DNA from: Lingula anatina
Lineage: Eukaryota; Animalia; Brachiopoda
Assembly (NCBI GenBank): GCA_051362555.1
Contig: CM120640.1
Coordinates: 52,306,788-52,370,787, forward strand
Reading direction: 5' to 3'
DNA length: 64,000 nucleotides
Shown here: piece by piece, positions 23,915-36,700 of the stretch
Position numbering within the stretch: the stretch's first letter is position 1
Layout: each line of letters begins with the position of its first letter
Program-made: the position numbers and the translations under genes
Notes under the pieces: model-generated
What the model was told of the DNA's origin: nothing
Seen by the model: the letters and a program-made list of their open reading frames with translations, nothing else
Database searches by the model: none

Positions 23915-26586
23915 CTGTGCAAACATCCAACCACTACAACCATCTATGCGTGCCGTGCTCTAGGGACGACTGAACTGTCATTTAGTGTCATTTAGTGGAA
24001 TTAAGGAGGTGGAATCCCAGCAGAATGCAGAGAAAAACACAAAGAGATAAGATCCACCACAATACACATCCTCATATATTTTAAAATAGTGATTTGTAAA
24101 TTAAAAGATTTCAAATTTGGCACATCTTTACAATTTCAAACTGTTTAAGAAAATACTGTTGTCCCACCTTTAGTCCTATTTGCTTTTGTTTATAAATGGT
24201 AACATGACAGCTGTAAACCGTTCTGAATAGTCTTTTTTTATTCCATATTCCAAATTGAACATGACTTTTAAGGTCAGGAAAAGCCAAAATACGGTGAAGA
24301 TACCGATATATTTTATACCATTTATGCAAATTGAGTGCATGCACCCCGTCAATTATATTTCCCGCACTGATTTCCGTAAAAGTAAAAAAAAAAAAATGGT
24401 TTTAAAATTCAAAGACGTCACAGAATATCATCAAAATTATACACGTGCCTATCTACGGTGTACTGAAATTTCTGTTTGCGGCGCGGCATGCCTCCAGCAA
24501 GGTCTGTTTTGCGGGGTATTGTTCCATTCTTCCTGAAGAGCTTGACGGGGTTGTAAGGATTTGTTAGGAGGTTGAATCTTTTCTGCAGCGCGCACTCCGA
24601 ACCATATTTCCAATAAAGTCGGTCTCAGACCACCATGTTACTAATGTGCGATTTGATGATTTTACATGCAGCATTCATGTACAAACTAGTGTTCGCCGTG
24701 AACTGGGCAAAATGGTCACTGGGAATACCCTCTACGAGGGTCACAGATTACTTTTTATCTTCACTTAATATTCAAAAATATGCCACAGGTGTAGTACATG
24801 TATGTGCACCTTTCTTTTGTGACCAGAGATTTCTGATTTTCTGTATGGAATTAATATTATCACTCAGAAGTCCTGTAGTATAGGGTAGGCACTTACATGA
24901 AAAGTAATAGTGACTGGCTGTTTGCCGGATAGATAGGCATATTCACGAGATGGTATCATATCCCGGTAGAATCTGGCGAACCTGTTGCTCTGATGCCGAG
25001 TGGCTCTTGGCGTAGGCAGTCTGCTTCAGAAAACATTGTCCCTTTCCTTCAGAAAACATTACATTCGTCCCTTTCCTAAGTGGACCTTACCCTAAACTGT
25101 TCGATTTCACCATGCATTTTGTTGCTCTTGGTCATACCTGGGTCCTTGGCCTGGCTTGTGTTTAATAAATTCTACAATAGCTGATCGACTGAGGTAATTC
25201 ATTACATCTTGTCCACATCCTCCGCTACACTCCTTTAAGCACCCTCTTCTTGGACCCTCGCCATGATTTCTTTGTTTTATTTGACAAATTTCACGCCATT
25301 TGGTTACAAGATGTTGCTGCTATTGTTGATGCAACTGTATCTCTGGCTCCTAAATCAATTCTCTGCGTCTCAAGTGCCTGATGCTTCAAATATCAGTATG
25401 ATGCTCCCAAATCACTCTCATATGTGGAATTTTTCCACTCTACGATATTTTGGATATTTCATTTCCTCAAATATTACTTTGTTATGTATTTCTTTGTCAT
25501 TTTTTAATCTATATGATAATTTGAGTAGAATGTAGGGAATAAAATACAACGTACATTGAACATGGCTAAATCTGGTGGGGTCATTTACCACCCTAGCACT
25601 GTTTTGTTTCTATTAAAAACATAAACAACACCAAAGCTGCTAACATAGCTCCTGAAAATGTGAAAAATTCATAAAATGTCATGGAAAGATAATGTACTAT
25701 GAAAAAATACGCACCAGATACGTACCTCGGGTAGTCCCCACAAACAAAGATTATTCTAACTGCAGACCAGGTTACAGCAATGACGCGATGTTTTCAGTGG
25801 AAAAATTGTGAAATTTACTGATACGGTACAATTTAAATCGTAAATCTAATATAAAATTAGCAACAAAACTATATAGTTCTCTTTTGTTAAGAAAAAGTAC
25901 AACGGATGCTTCACATTTAAATTTTTTTTTTTAATGATTTTAAAATAAAGTCTCTGAAAGGATCGAGTTATTACCGTAAAAGTCATATGCTTCTTTTCTA
26001 TACAGTGTTATCATTGATGAAAATCTAGTTAAAAAACAACTACGTAAGATTTCCACGACCAAAAAATCACCAAACAATGAACATACTTCGCATGCATCAT
26101 AATGTATGTGCAAGTAAAATAAACTTGAAAATATGGGCAATATTCTGAAAGGATGCTGAAATAACGTGCGGTAGTTGAGACTTGATTGGGTTCTGAACCA
26201 TCCGAAGATGAATATCTTGGTCGCTGATTATACACATTATACAGCCCATTTCATTCCTTGTACGCACAATGTCTATTTTACTTACCCTCTAGAAAAAGAT
26301 ATATATGTGATAATACATGGCAACTAAACAGGGGGAAGGGGGCTTATTTAAACATTCAATGTATTTTCATATAGGCCCTGTTACCCACGTGAAATAACTA
26401 ACGTTTTGCGTCTGACATCAAACTTTACAGGGAACTTTTCAGACTCATGCACCACATAATAAGAAATTGAAAGAAGTATTTTACAGGAATGACAAAAACT
26501 CTCAAAGTTCCTTACATTGTCGTGCTTTTTACTCCATGCAGTATGTCATAAATGCAGGTCTCCATGAAGAAATAATCATAAGAATT

Positions 26587-26587
<1 letters not shown>

Positions 26588-26622
<35 letters not shown>

Positions 26623-26625
26623 TTT
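26588..26625. repeat. (TTTA)n microsatellite
   Basis: ttatttatttattt... run. Confidence 0.9.
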
Positions 26626-27744
26626 CCGTTGTGGCAATGTAATTAGTCGTTTAAACAGACGTAAGTGCTCGAGACAAACATAAAGAAAAATATGAACCAG
26701 ACAACCTATGTGAAATATATGAAATCTAGGACCGGAGTAATGGGTAAATGAGTCAGCAGGCCATTCAAGCAAAATATCATCTACTTGGCCTTACACATCT
26801 TAATCGTTCAATTTAGTATCTGTTTTACAATGCAGCGTATAGGTTGGGGGCATTATAATTAAAACAGTTATCCGTACAAGTTATTTGGCTAACATCCCTG
26901 AAATGAATTCACTTTGCTATCCGAAACGAAAGGTTCAGATCCCGTGGTCATCCCATTATGTGCAAATTTGTAGCAATTACCTGTGCCAGTCTGTTTGCAA
27001 GCATGTGAAAATACCGTTTCAAAGAAAGTTTAATACCATATCGAATGGTTTTTGCTGTAAAAAATGATCTCAAATGCTTTTTTTCAAAAATATTAACGTT
27101 ATTATTGTTATTAATGTTTTTCTTTTTGCTGATACTAACATATCCTGGGTTGTCCATAATAGTTAATTTTTCGAAATAGGAAAGTTCCATATATTTTACA
27201 ATGGCTTTGGCGATAAAGTATAAAGCAGTGAAGCCCATTGTATTAATCAGTTTTTATTTAAAACAACATAACTTTTATTATCATTGATTATTTGGTATTG
27301 TTTTCATTAAGTTGGCCCAAACGGTTATGCTAAGAATGAAAGGGCCCCATACGGAATTTCCCATACGGCAAGTAAAAAACTTATTCTAGAAAACAACTTT
27401 CCAAACATATTCACAAATACAAACTTCTTTGTTTACTATCACTCCGTCGAATTCCAAACTGAAAAAAATACCCTCGATGTTTTTCTTCATAAATCTTTTA
27501 AAGGCAAGTGTACGTGTTCATTTTCTTTTCTTTCTTTTTATTACTAGAAGATAAGAAGATGCAAGCGACAAATAACCGTTTACGACCATTTTTAATGAAG
27601 ACATCTCTTCGTTGATTATATAAATATTTCATGCCTGTCGCACCAGATATTTTACAAATTACTTAAACTCTCTAAGCAAAATCAGTCAGGCAGATCATTT
27701 TAACGACAGGCATGCTTCGTAGTTGAAATAACACAACAAAAGAG

Positions 27745-27750
27745 TTTATT
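27745..27750 (-). promoter_or_regulatory. Candidate polyadenylation signal of the ephrin gene
   Basis: AATAAA on the minus strand followed by T/GT-rich ctcttttgttgtgttatttc; would imply a ~2.8-kb 3' UTR. Other sites are possible. Confidence 0.3.
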
Positions 27751-30570
27751 TTAAGCAATCTTTAATCAAACAGCCTTTTTCATCTTTTTATACACCTTCA
27801 CGTTTTATAACATTTTTACAAAGCATTTTTGTATAAAATAAATCGACTTTCTGATCCATATCTTACAAACGAAATTTTCCGATAAATGAACTTATACAAG
27901 TGAACGTCTCTGTGCTACAAGAAAGGTAAGATGGCTGCAATTCGGGACACTAAATACAGTGAAGGCGAGACCGATAGCAAAATGGGTCACTACCACTCAC
28001 CATCGTATTCCCATGTTTTTCCTAGCCTAAAGTAATAACCCATAAGTCTCGGCAATGTACCAAATTAGAGCCCTATTTTAAATGGTATTTAATAGCATAA
28101 TTCCACAACAGTGACAACCCATTGCATTCACGCCGTAAAGAAGTAACAAAGACATTGTCATGGTTTCAGCAAATAGACTCAGTTGTGAAAGCAACATTGT
28201 CAGATCCACGCTTGCTCACAAACACTGGTACTGCATTCTTCAAATATTGTGCTATAGACATTATGAATGAGTCGAGGCTTCTATCACTGCCTGTAAAAGT
28301 TGCATAGAATCTAGAATCAAAAACTAGAGCATTTTGGGTTTGTAAAATGTCTGTCCCGTTCAAAAAGCCTCCATTCCCATATTATGTTTTACATGCGAAG
28401 TATAAATCAGCTGGGTGGTACCACAGTGAAGATCGGCAATATTTACAGCTTTTTGTAAAAAATGTATAAGAACCATCAAGCCCGGTCATTCACGCTCGTG
28501 CCTCATGACCTCTCATTGTAAATTATGACGTTATTAGCAAAATCGACTATGACAACATACTTTTATGAACAGAAATTTAAGGATGTTTTTGTTCCTGAAT
28601 TTGGCAAAATTCGGCACAAGCGCCAAAGATTAAAAATAAAAGTTTTTCTGTCACTTTGGCAAATTCAAATTCTAGATTTATGATAACACCTACAAATGAT
28701 GCTGTAATGAAGCAGTAGTCTGTGAAAATTGAATGATCGATGAAGAGTTGTAATTACAATCTGAGACTGATTAATCATAATACTATAATGAAGACATTCC
28801 TAACAAATGCTGTCACCCAGGTTTAAGTCGAGTCCTATTCCTCTCAATCAGCAACTCATGGGGCTGATTTTAAACAAGAAACATGGAACCAACTCAACAA
28901 CATTAAAAAAGTTTGGGTACAAGCATAACTTAGACACATTCTATAACCTAATAAACTCAAGATATGTGTGTCCATCACACAACCAAAATATCAAAAGTGA
29001 AAATATCTGCAAAACATTGCAGACGAGTTGGGATATTAAAAGGAAGCAAAATATCTACTATAACCTACATACCACATTAATTGGTAATTTTACACAAAAA
29101 ACAAAATCTTGTTGATTCTAACAGATACTCTGCAGCAAATATTAAAATAGCTTAGAATTACCATGGTTAATTATTACTTTAACTTGGAGTGATCTGACAA
29201 AGATTAAGGGGGCAAACCTGTGATCATGTATAAAAAAAAATGGAAACAAATGTTATAATTTGCACTGAAACCAATTCATAATTACTTGATCAACAGTGGT
29301 GCATAATTATGAGTGCACTTTTTAAAACCATTTCTATTTCACATATGTTAATAAGACATTACTAATGCACAATTTTCTGGTTAAATCATTGAGCAAGTCA
29401 TCTCAGGTTTTGTTTTCTTTTTTTTAATACGTACTTCACTCATCTTGACTCGTGGCATTTATGTTAAATCAGCCACTCGTTCTTTCAAATTGCTCTCCTT
29501 TTTTCATTCACTACTCTGTACACATCTACATACCTCCTGCCCAACCCCCTTGCTAACTACACGATCTGCAAAACATTGGCCATTCCTACAAACAATATTC
29601 AAACTCCTTTGCTGTAATCTAAGGGGAGGAGTTTCATTTACAATGATGTATTTTCATTAAATACAAGAATTTAGAGTGAAAATTCACTTTTTGAACAATA
29701 TGTACAAAGAGCAAAGTATACACAACGCAATACCATATCTACTCAAGGATAATTCTCCATGCCCACCCTCCCGTCCCACAAAATCATGAACTCTTCAAAC
29801 ACTTCCCCTCCCCTCCCCCCAATGTGCTCTTACAAGATCCTCCCTCCCCTGTCCATAACCCTGGTAAATATATATATATATATAAATAATTATGCTAGCA
29901 CTAATGCCTGCAAAAGTGCAGAAGTTATGGCAACTGTGTCATGGATGCTTGTGGTGGAAAGTAAAGTTACAGAAGGAAGATACTGCCCAGTCATCCAACT
30001 GTTCCGCTTCATTTAGAACATGATCCACACTTGACTACACAGCATATGTACATCGATCAATAACCATGCTAAAAAGTTCTGCGCTGAATGCTAGTCAAGT
30101 TGAGTGATTAACTGCAGTGCAATGATATCACATTTCCATAATTTTTATGTCAAAAAATCTGGCTTCTTATCTCTTTTTCAATTGACCATGAAAGTCCAGA
30201 TTGGAAAATGGTCAGTGCAGGAAGGAATGACCACACCTTTAAATAAAAGATTCATTCACTCAACATTTAAGTCTTTCTTAAACTTGGGTGTTCTTTGGCA
30301 GCGATTACAGGGATTTGTTCTCAGCTAAATCTCTGGTTGCCACTTCCATATTTCATCTCTGCCTCACTGCATATGTTATTAAAGTACCATGGCCCTGTGT
30401 GTCTGTGCTTTTACAGGTAACCTAGGTATTTTTCTTTTTAACCACAGTTTGTTGTAAGTTCTCCACACTCAACAATGATGGGACTAAAACATACTGAAAA
30501 ATTGGTTTGACACTTGAACAAAGGGGGTCCATTCCACTGTTGACTCACAGCCTTGGCTGTGAAACTAGTG

Positions 30571-30713
30571 CTATCTTGAGTTTAAATAATGTCTGTGAAA
30601 GCAGGCTGATATTAGCAAAGAGATGCATAATAGCCACACTGAATGTTCTGTACTGTATTTGCTACTGTTGATGGAAGTGTGGGAGTCTTTCGTACTCTTG
30701 AAATGGGTTGTTC
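30571..30713 (-). CDS. EFN: Ephrin terminal exon with hydrophobic C-terminal segment
   Basis: ttacag|(G)TTHFKSTKDSHTSINSSKYSTEHSVWLLCISLLISACFHRHYLNSR*. Confidence 0.7.
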
Positions 30714-33700
30714 CTGTAATGAAATTACAATATTCTTAATTCATTTGCAGCAATGATAATGGAGTTCACTTTAGCAATACATGTGTTATCAACTTATGCT
30801 AGGAACTGAAGTATAAAGCCGAGCCAAGCAAAAATATTTAAATATTCATATTACATCTTTTTATGATATCTGTTGGTCAATATTCTTTCTATTTAAATCA
30901 AATCAAGAAAGTTTTGTATTGATAACTATGACACAAGTCTGGGGGCCTCACAGGATGCGGCTCAATGATAATTATCCCTGTATTACCTCTAGACTGTTAT
31001 CAGACCACTCATCAACTGATTAATTAACGCAAAATTTATTATGAAAAAACTATGCATGACACCATCTACATCAAAACCTAGGGTGAAAACTATCAAAATT
31101 GGAAAATTCACTTAACTTTTACAATTTAATTTATTATTTAAAATAAAAAACTTCATTGTGCTTGCAAAATGCAAGTTGTAACTTACCTTGAGAACTTGTA
31201 GTGGTGAATTTGTGTTTTGTGGTCCCCAAAGTTGTTGTAGTTGTGGTGGGTGTGGTTGACGATGTTGTCGTTGGCGTTGTTGTTGTACTAACACTCTGGG
31301 TGGAAGTTGTGATTGCTGCAAAAAGAAAATTCTCATAAGATTGATCAAGTTGCTTAAACTTGAAATTTGAAAATGTTTCAGATGTTAATGTCTTACAGAA
31401 AAATTGTACACCTTTACTTTTTTCATATGCGAAATAATCACTATATTACAAACCATTTTTAACATACAAAATTAAATGCTTCAAAAATATGCCATTTCTC
31501 TAAATGGGATAGAGAGAGCATTGTGAAACTTTTTATTTCATAAATCAATCTTCCAAATCTTATAACAGACTTGACTATAAGTAATTGAAATTTTTGGGGT
31601 CCAGGAAAAAAATATCTTCAAGAAAATGCATAAACCCAAATGATACAGGGAAGTCACTCATGCACTGGCCTTAACTAACTAATACAGTTTCATGCACAAT
31701 GACTTCAATGTCTCAGTATCATTAATGGCAAAAATTCCACTAAAATAACAATAATGGGATGCTAAAAGATAACTGCTCTGTAACCTCCTCCAAAAGGAAA
31801 CAGTTTAAAACTTAAAGGATAAAAAATTGCATAACAATAAGATAACTTTCTGATTTCATGGTTACAAATCTCCAATGGCCCAAAAATTAAAAATAAGATA
31901 AAATAATGTACATAATATAAATGATTCAAAAAGTCCATTGAATAGCAAAACAAAGAAAAATGTCAACATTCCATGGGCTTAAGTAATAAACCTGGATTCA
32001 TTCTAAAAAAAATAGCCAGATAAAAACATAAAATACATAACAAAACAGCTTTTCCTATTAGCTTTTTTTTCCCTATACTCTAACAACTTTGAGTTTCTAA
32101 TATAATGTGGTAAGTAAAATAAGTGCTTGTTGGACTATCTGCTGCCCTACGTATGGGAGTTAGTGCTGGGTTGCATCATGCAGAAAGGAGGGTTGTGTAT
32201 GCTGACTGCAAGATAGTGTGATATTAGTTTAAGGAACCATTCATGGAAAAGGATTTGAGATGGGAGGAACCAATGAAAATTTACAATTTGCCTGTCATGT
32301 CTGTGCGTGGCAAGTTCAAAAAAGCTTATAAATTTATTTTGCAGACATTTTTTCATTCCATTTACAGATTACAAACATTTCTTACATTAAACATAAAATA
32401 CAAAATTTGAATCTGATAGAGATACAGAGATAACTATTTAACAAACCAATAGGAAGATTTAGAATAGAACCAATTCCACGAATAGCCCCCTTCAGCTTTT
32501 GGAAAGGAAAAAGAGAAAAAACAAGCACAACAAGCATTTTGACCCAAAGATTACAATACAAATTCTAAAAATGGACACAAAGAATTTTGTAAAACCCAAG
32601 TTGTATTTCTCTTTTATCATATATTTTTGTGTGACAAAAATTTTTCAGTAATTTTTCTACTTTTGGTGAATACATTTTTTCAAGGCCAAAAACCCAAAAA
32701 GTAAATGCAGAAAATAATGTGTAAAAATTTTGGGTTTTACATTGTTGGTAGCAGGATGATTTCTATAAATACTTACGACATTTGCGATACTGTTGTGTGT
32801 TGGTACAGTGGGGAGACCCTGTAGAAGGTTAGTGAAGGGAGAATGACACATTTGAAAATTATCTGATAATATAAAAAGCTCTGAAAATTTCATCTAGATG
32901 AAAACCAGTAGAAAACAGAAGCTCTGTAAATGTCACCTAGTTAAAAACCCAAAGAAAAACCCAAATTAGTTATACAAGGCCTTGACTACTTAAAACCACA
33001 CTCTGCCCAGAAAATTGCTCCAAAAACATGGTTTTATGAGATGCCTCATTTCTCTTTTAAAAGCTTGCATATAAAATATTTCAAAACATTATTTTCTGAA
33101 GTGATTTGCCACAGATCAATGGTATATTGTATTTCTTTTTTTTTTTTTTTTTTTTTTCGAGGGGAAGGGGCTTTCTGAAATTTTCTACAAATTTGCAATC
33201 ATGGCAAATTGCCTTTTGTGGTAAATTTATCAAGTGTTAGATGCATCTCATTTTTAACCATCCCACAGTGAAGTAAAGCAGTTAGCCGAGCCATAAGTGT
33301 ATCACTCAGAGTTGAACTTAGTGATTTGTGTGTAGAGGAAGCTGCATATGCCAGTGACCTATATAGTATACGAGCTGTGAAAAGCAATTTAAAGAAAAAC
33401 TATGCTAAGCCTAAATATCTTTTTGAAGAACAATCATTTTCACCATTTTATAAATTGTTCTAACCCACTAGATTTCAAAAAATATTCTCATTTATTCTAT
33501 CAAAAAGTGAGCTTCATCACATTTTATTCAAAACTAGTTATGCCAGTCATACATGTCTTTTTTAGGAGGTTATTTTTCCTGTCATTGCAAAATCTCACTA
33601 TCTTTATCATTATCATTATTGATATTAGAAGAAAATATTATTGTCAAACTTCGTGAAGTAAAGTTTTTGTCTGTCACTTTACTTAACCAATTTCCTTGCA

Positions 33701-36700
33701 TCAATTCTTTTGTCACAAGAATATAAAATATATACCAAAAACAGCTTTAAAAAGCATTCAGATATCCATTTCAACATAACAGTCTCCTACAGCTTTGCAG
33801 ACTAAAATAACCCTGCAATTACTTTCAAACTTTTAATGTATGGTACAATTTTGGTTAAATATCTTCATTTTATGCATTTTGTCAAATAAATTGTCGATGC
33901 CTATTCAGAAATTTAGTTGTAACGCCCCTAAATATTCTTGTCTTATAAAGACATCTGACCTCAGAGCAACTTTCGTGCCTTCCACCATAATTGAAAGGTC
34001 TGTGGTTTTATTGTTCTTGCAATGAGAAAAATAGCTCTCTTTACATTACCCTTAATAGTACCATGAACTCTTGGTTCTAAATCATTGTAATTTCAGTTAA
34101 TTTAACCCCATAGGATCCAGTTAATGCTGACCCATAAAGCTCTGCTGTGCCCAATTAATTCTGTGAGCTAGCCTTGAAAAGCCGGGTCACCTCAGTAAAT
34201 TGGTCATAATTTGTTTGTTTGCCTTTATTACCCATACAAAGTATACATTTTTAAAAAGCCAATATTTCAGGCTAAATGAAAATAGAATTACATTTAAATT
34301 TAACATGCAGTATCAAAAGTTATAGCCGGTTAAAAACTACATTTTAATTTGGTAATGGGTAAAATAAAACAAAGTTGATTTATCTTATGCACATCAATTT
34401 TTTATTTCTACATACATTTGCCTGAAAATTCACAGGGATGATGTCAATTATAGTAACTTTCAATCCTGGAAATTTCAGCAATTTATCTCTATCAATTTTC
34501 AAGTTATGATCGTTTTGCTATCAGGTATACCAGCTTTTCAGCTCACCTGAACATCGTGGCCAGAGCTGAATAGAAGTCAAATTTTTACACCATCTATGAC
34601 AAAAACATCTTTAAAACTAATATCATGAATAAAGGAATATCATCCCCACTGGCTATATCACTGTCACTCGAAAACACCTTATCAGTGTCGTAGTTTTCAA
34701 TCATTTCAATAACAGTATTCATTCGCAGGCCTCTTCCGTAGTGAGAAGTCGCCATTTTGATTTTACTTTCACCAGCTAGGTCTAGAAAATCGCCGATTTC
34801 TCGCTCATATATATTTCTATCGTCCTTTATATCATAAATAAATGAATATCAACGCCACTGTCTATGTTACTGTCACATGAAAACTTCTCTTCAAAGTCCG
34901 GATTTTCAATCATTTCAATAACAGTATCCCTTCGCAGGTCCCTACCGTAGCGAGGAGCCGCCATCTTGATTTTACTTTCTCCAACTAAGTCTTGAAAATC
35001 GCCGTTTTCTCGCTCATATATATTTCTATCGCCTTTAAAAATGGTGGCAATGAGAGACAAGAAACATACCCGGATGTTAAACTATATATCATTTCATGAC
35101 TCACGATACAAAAGAGTACAGAAGACGATCTTTCCAAGATACGCACATATGCGGTTCTGGGCGTTTGGGGTAAGCGATAATTGAACCGCACATATGCGGT
35201 GACGGGCTCTATGGGGTTAAAAGGGATATCCTTGTGTTCTATCTCACTAAATGCTAAAGCTAAATGTAAGAAAAAAAATTTTGTTCAGTACTGCAGTTGA
35301 AAGAAAAGAGCATTTTCAAATATTCATAACTAAGAAAGGGGGAAATATATTTTTCAATTTGAATGAAAAAATGCCAATATCTTAAATAACAAGACATCTG
35401 ATGTGATCATACATCTGTACTTATCTATGGTACTTACTTGTAGATGAATCACAGCAAACTTTTAACATGATTTTCATGTTTTTCTCCCGACAAGCCCCTT
35501 GCCTGCGGTTATTAATGCCGGTCAAATTCCCGGTAGATGTGGCTAAAACAAAATGTACAAAAACATTTAATCATACAAAAATAAAGATCATTTTAAAAAT
35601 GCTGTAAAGAAGAAGATTATTTAAGGTGATTAGTAAGGCAGGGTGCTTGCTGGCCAAACCATGATATGCAGGGTGTTATCTTCAGCAATGGAAAATCCAC
35701 ACTTTTGTCAACAGAAATCTTACTTTTTATTTTCTATTTGACTACACTTACAAGGTGCCAAATTTAACAACAAGGTGCAATGTCAGGACATAAAAGTACT
35801 CCAATGAATTGATGTAGATTAAAATTGAACAAGTATGTGGTTTCCATTTGCTGTTCTAAGGTGCTTGGTATATTGGAAGTGCTATAAGAAGTGGGTGTGC
35901 CGTGAATAGAAAGAAAGGAAAAGCTTTAAAAAAATACAAACAAAAAAAAACATAAAACAAAATGATACAATATTGAAGAGAAATATAAAGGAAGATAAAT
36001 AACTTGGTGTGAAACATAACCTTCTATTTAAGGAGTGACTAGAAACTAAAGTTTGCTATCAAGCATTTACTTGTCATTCAGTGAAAGATGTATACCCTAC
36101 TGTGCTAGAGAAAAAGAAAGCACAGATAAAAAATGTAACTAATCCTCAGAAAGCAACATATGTATTCTGAATTTAAATAACAAAAATAAGGTGATTTACA
36201 GTGAATAAAATATAAACACTCATGACCATTGATTATTAATTACACCACAAGGACATATTAGCTTCTAGTTAATATATTTTAGTTTTGTTAGATAATGAAT
36301 GACAAAACAAAACAAAATGGTTACATGAATAAAAGAGAAGCAATACTTAGAGTAAAACCAATTCCTGAGAAACAAACAGCAAAACAAGCATATCATGCAC
36401 TAGTTGGCCCAACCCCAATTGTTTCAGTACACATCATGCAGCACATGCACAAGTACGGCACTTTTCATGCAGGTCAAGGTCATGGTAGGCCAAGGTCAAG
36501 GTCGGTAAATCAAACTTACTGATATAATAATAAGTCATTCCCTCGTTAAACTCTAAGGAGCCAGGGATGCCAGTATGCGGTAGTATTAACAGTGTGAAAA
36601 GATCTGTCCTAGCAGGCCTGCTGCAGTTGATAATTTCTATACGGCGGGGTTCATTTTCAAATAATTTACACTCATCATATTCTTTTTTGGAAACCTGTAA

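Noticed and set aside
24200-27500. Possible degraded elements between the transporter and ephrin genes
   Set aside because: No termini or recognisable coding motifs were found.
30565-30573. Stop-codon readthrough at ephrin TAG CAC TAG
   Set aside because: Not a known readthrough context, and a second stop follows immediately.
36471-36505. Clustered AGGTCA/CAAGGTCA nuclear-receptor-like half-sites next to an ephrin exon
   Set aside because: This short motif is common in invertebrate repeats and there is no functional evidence.
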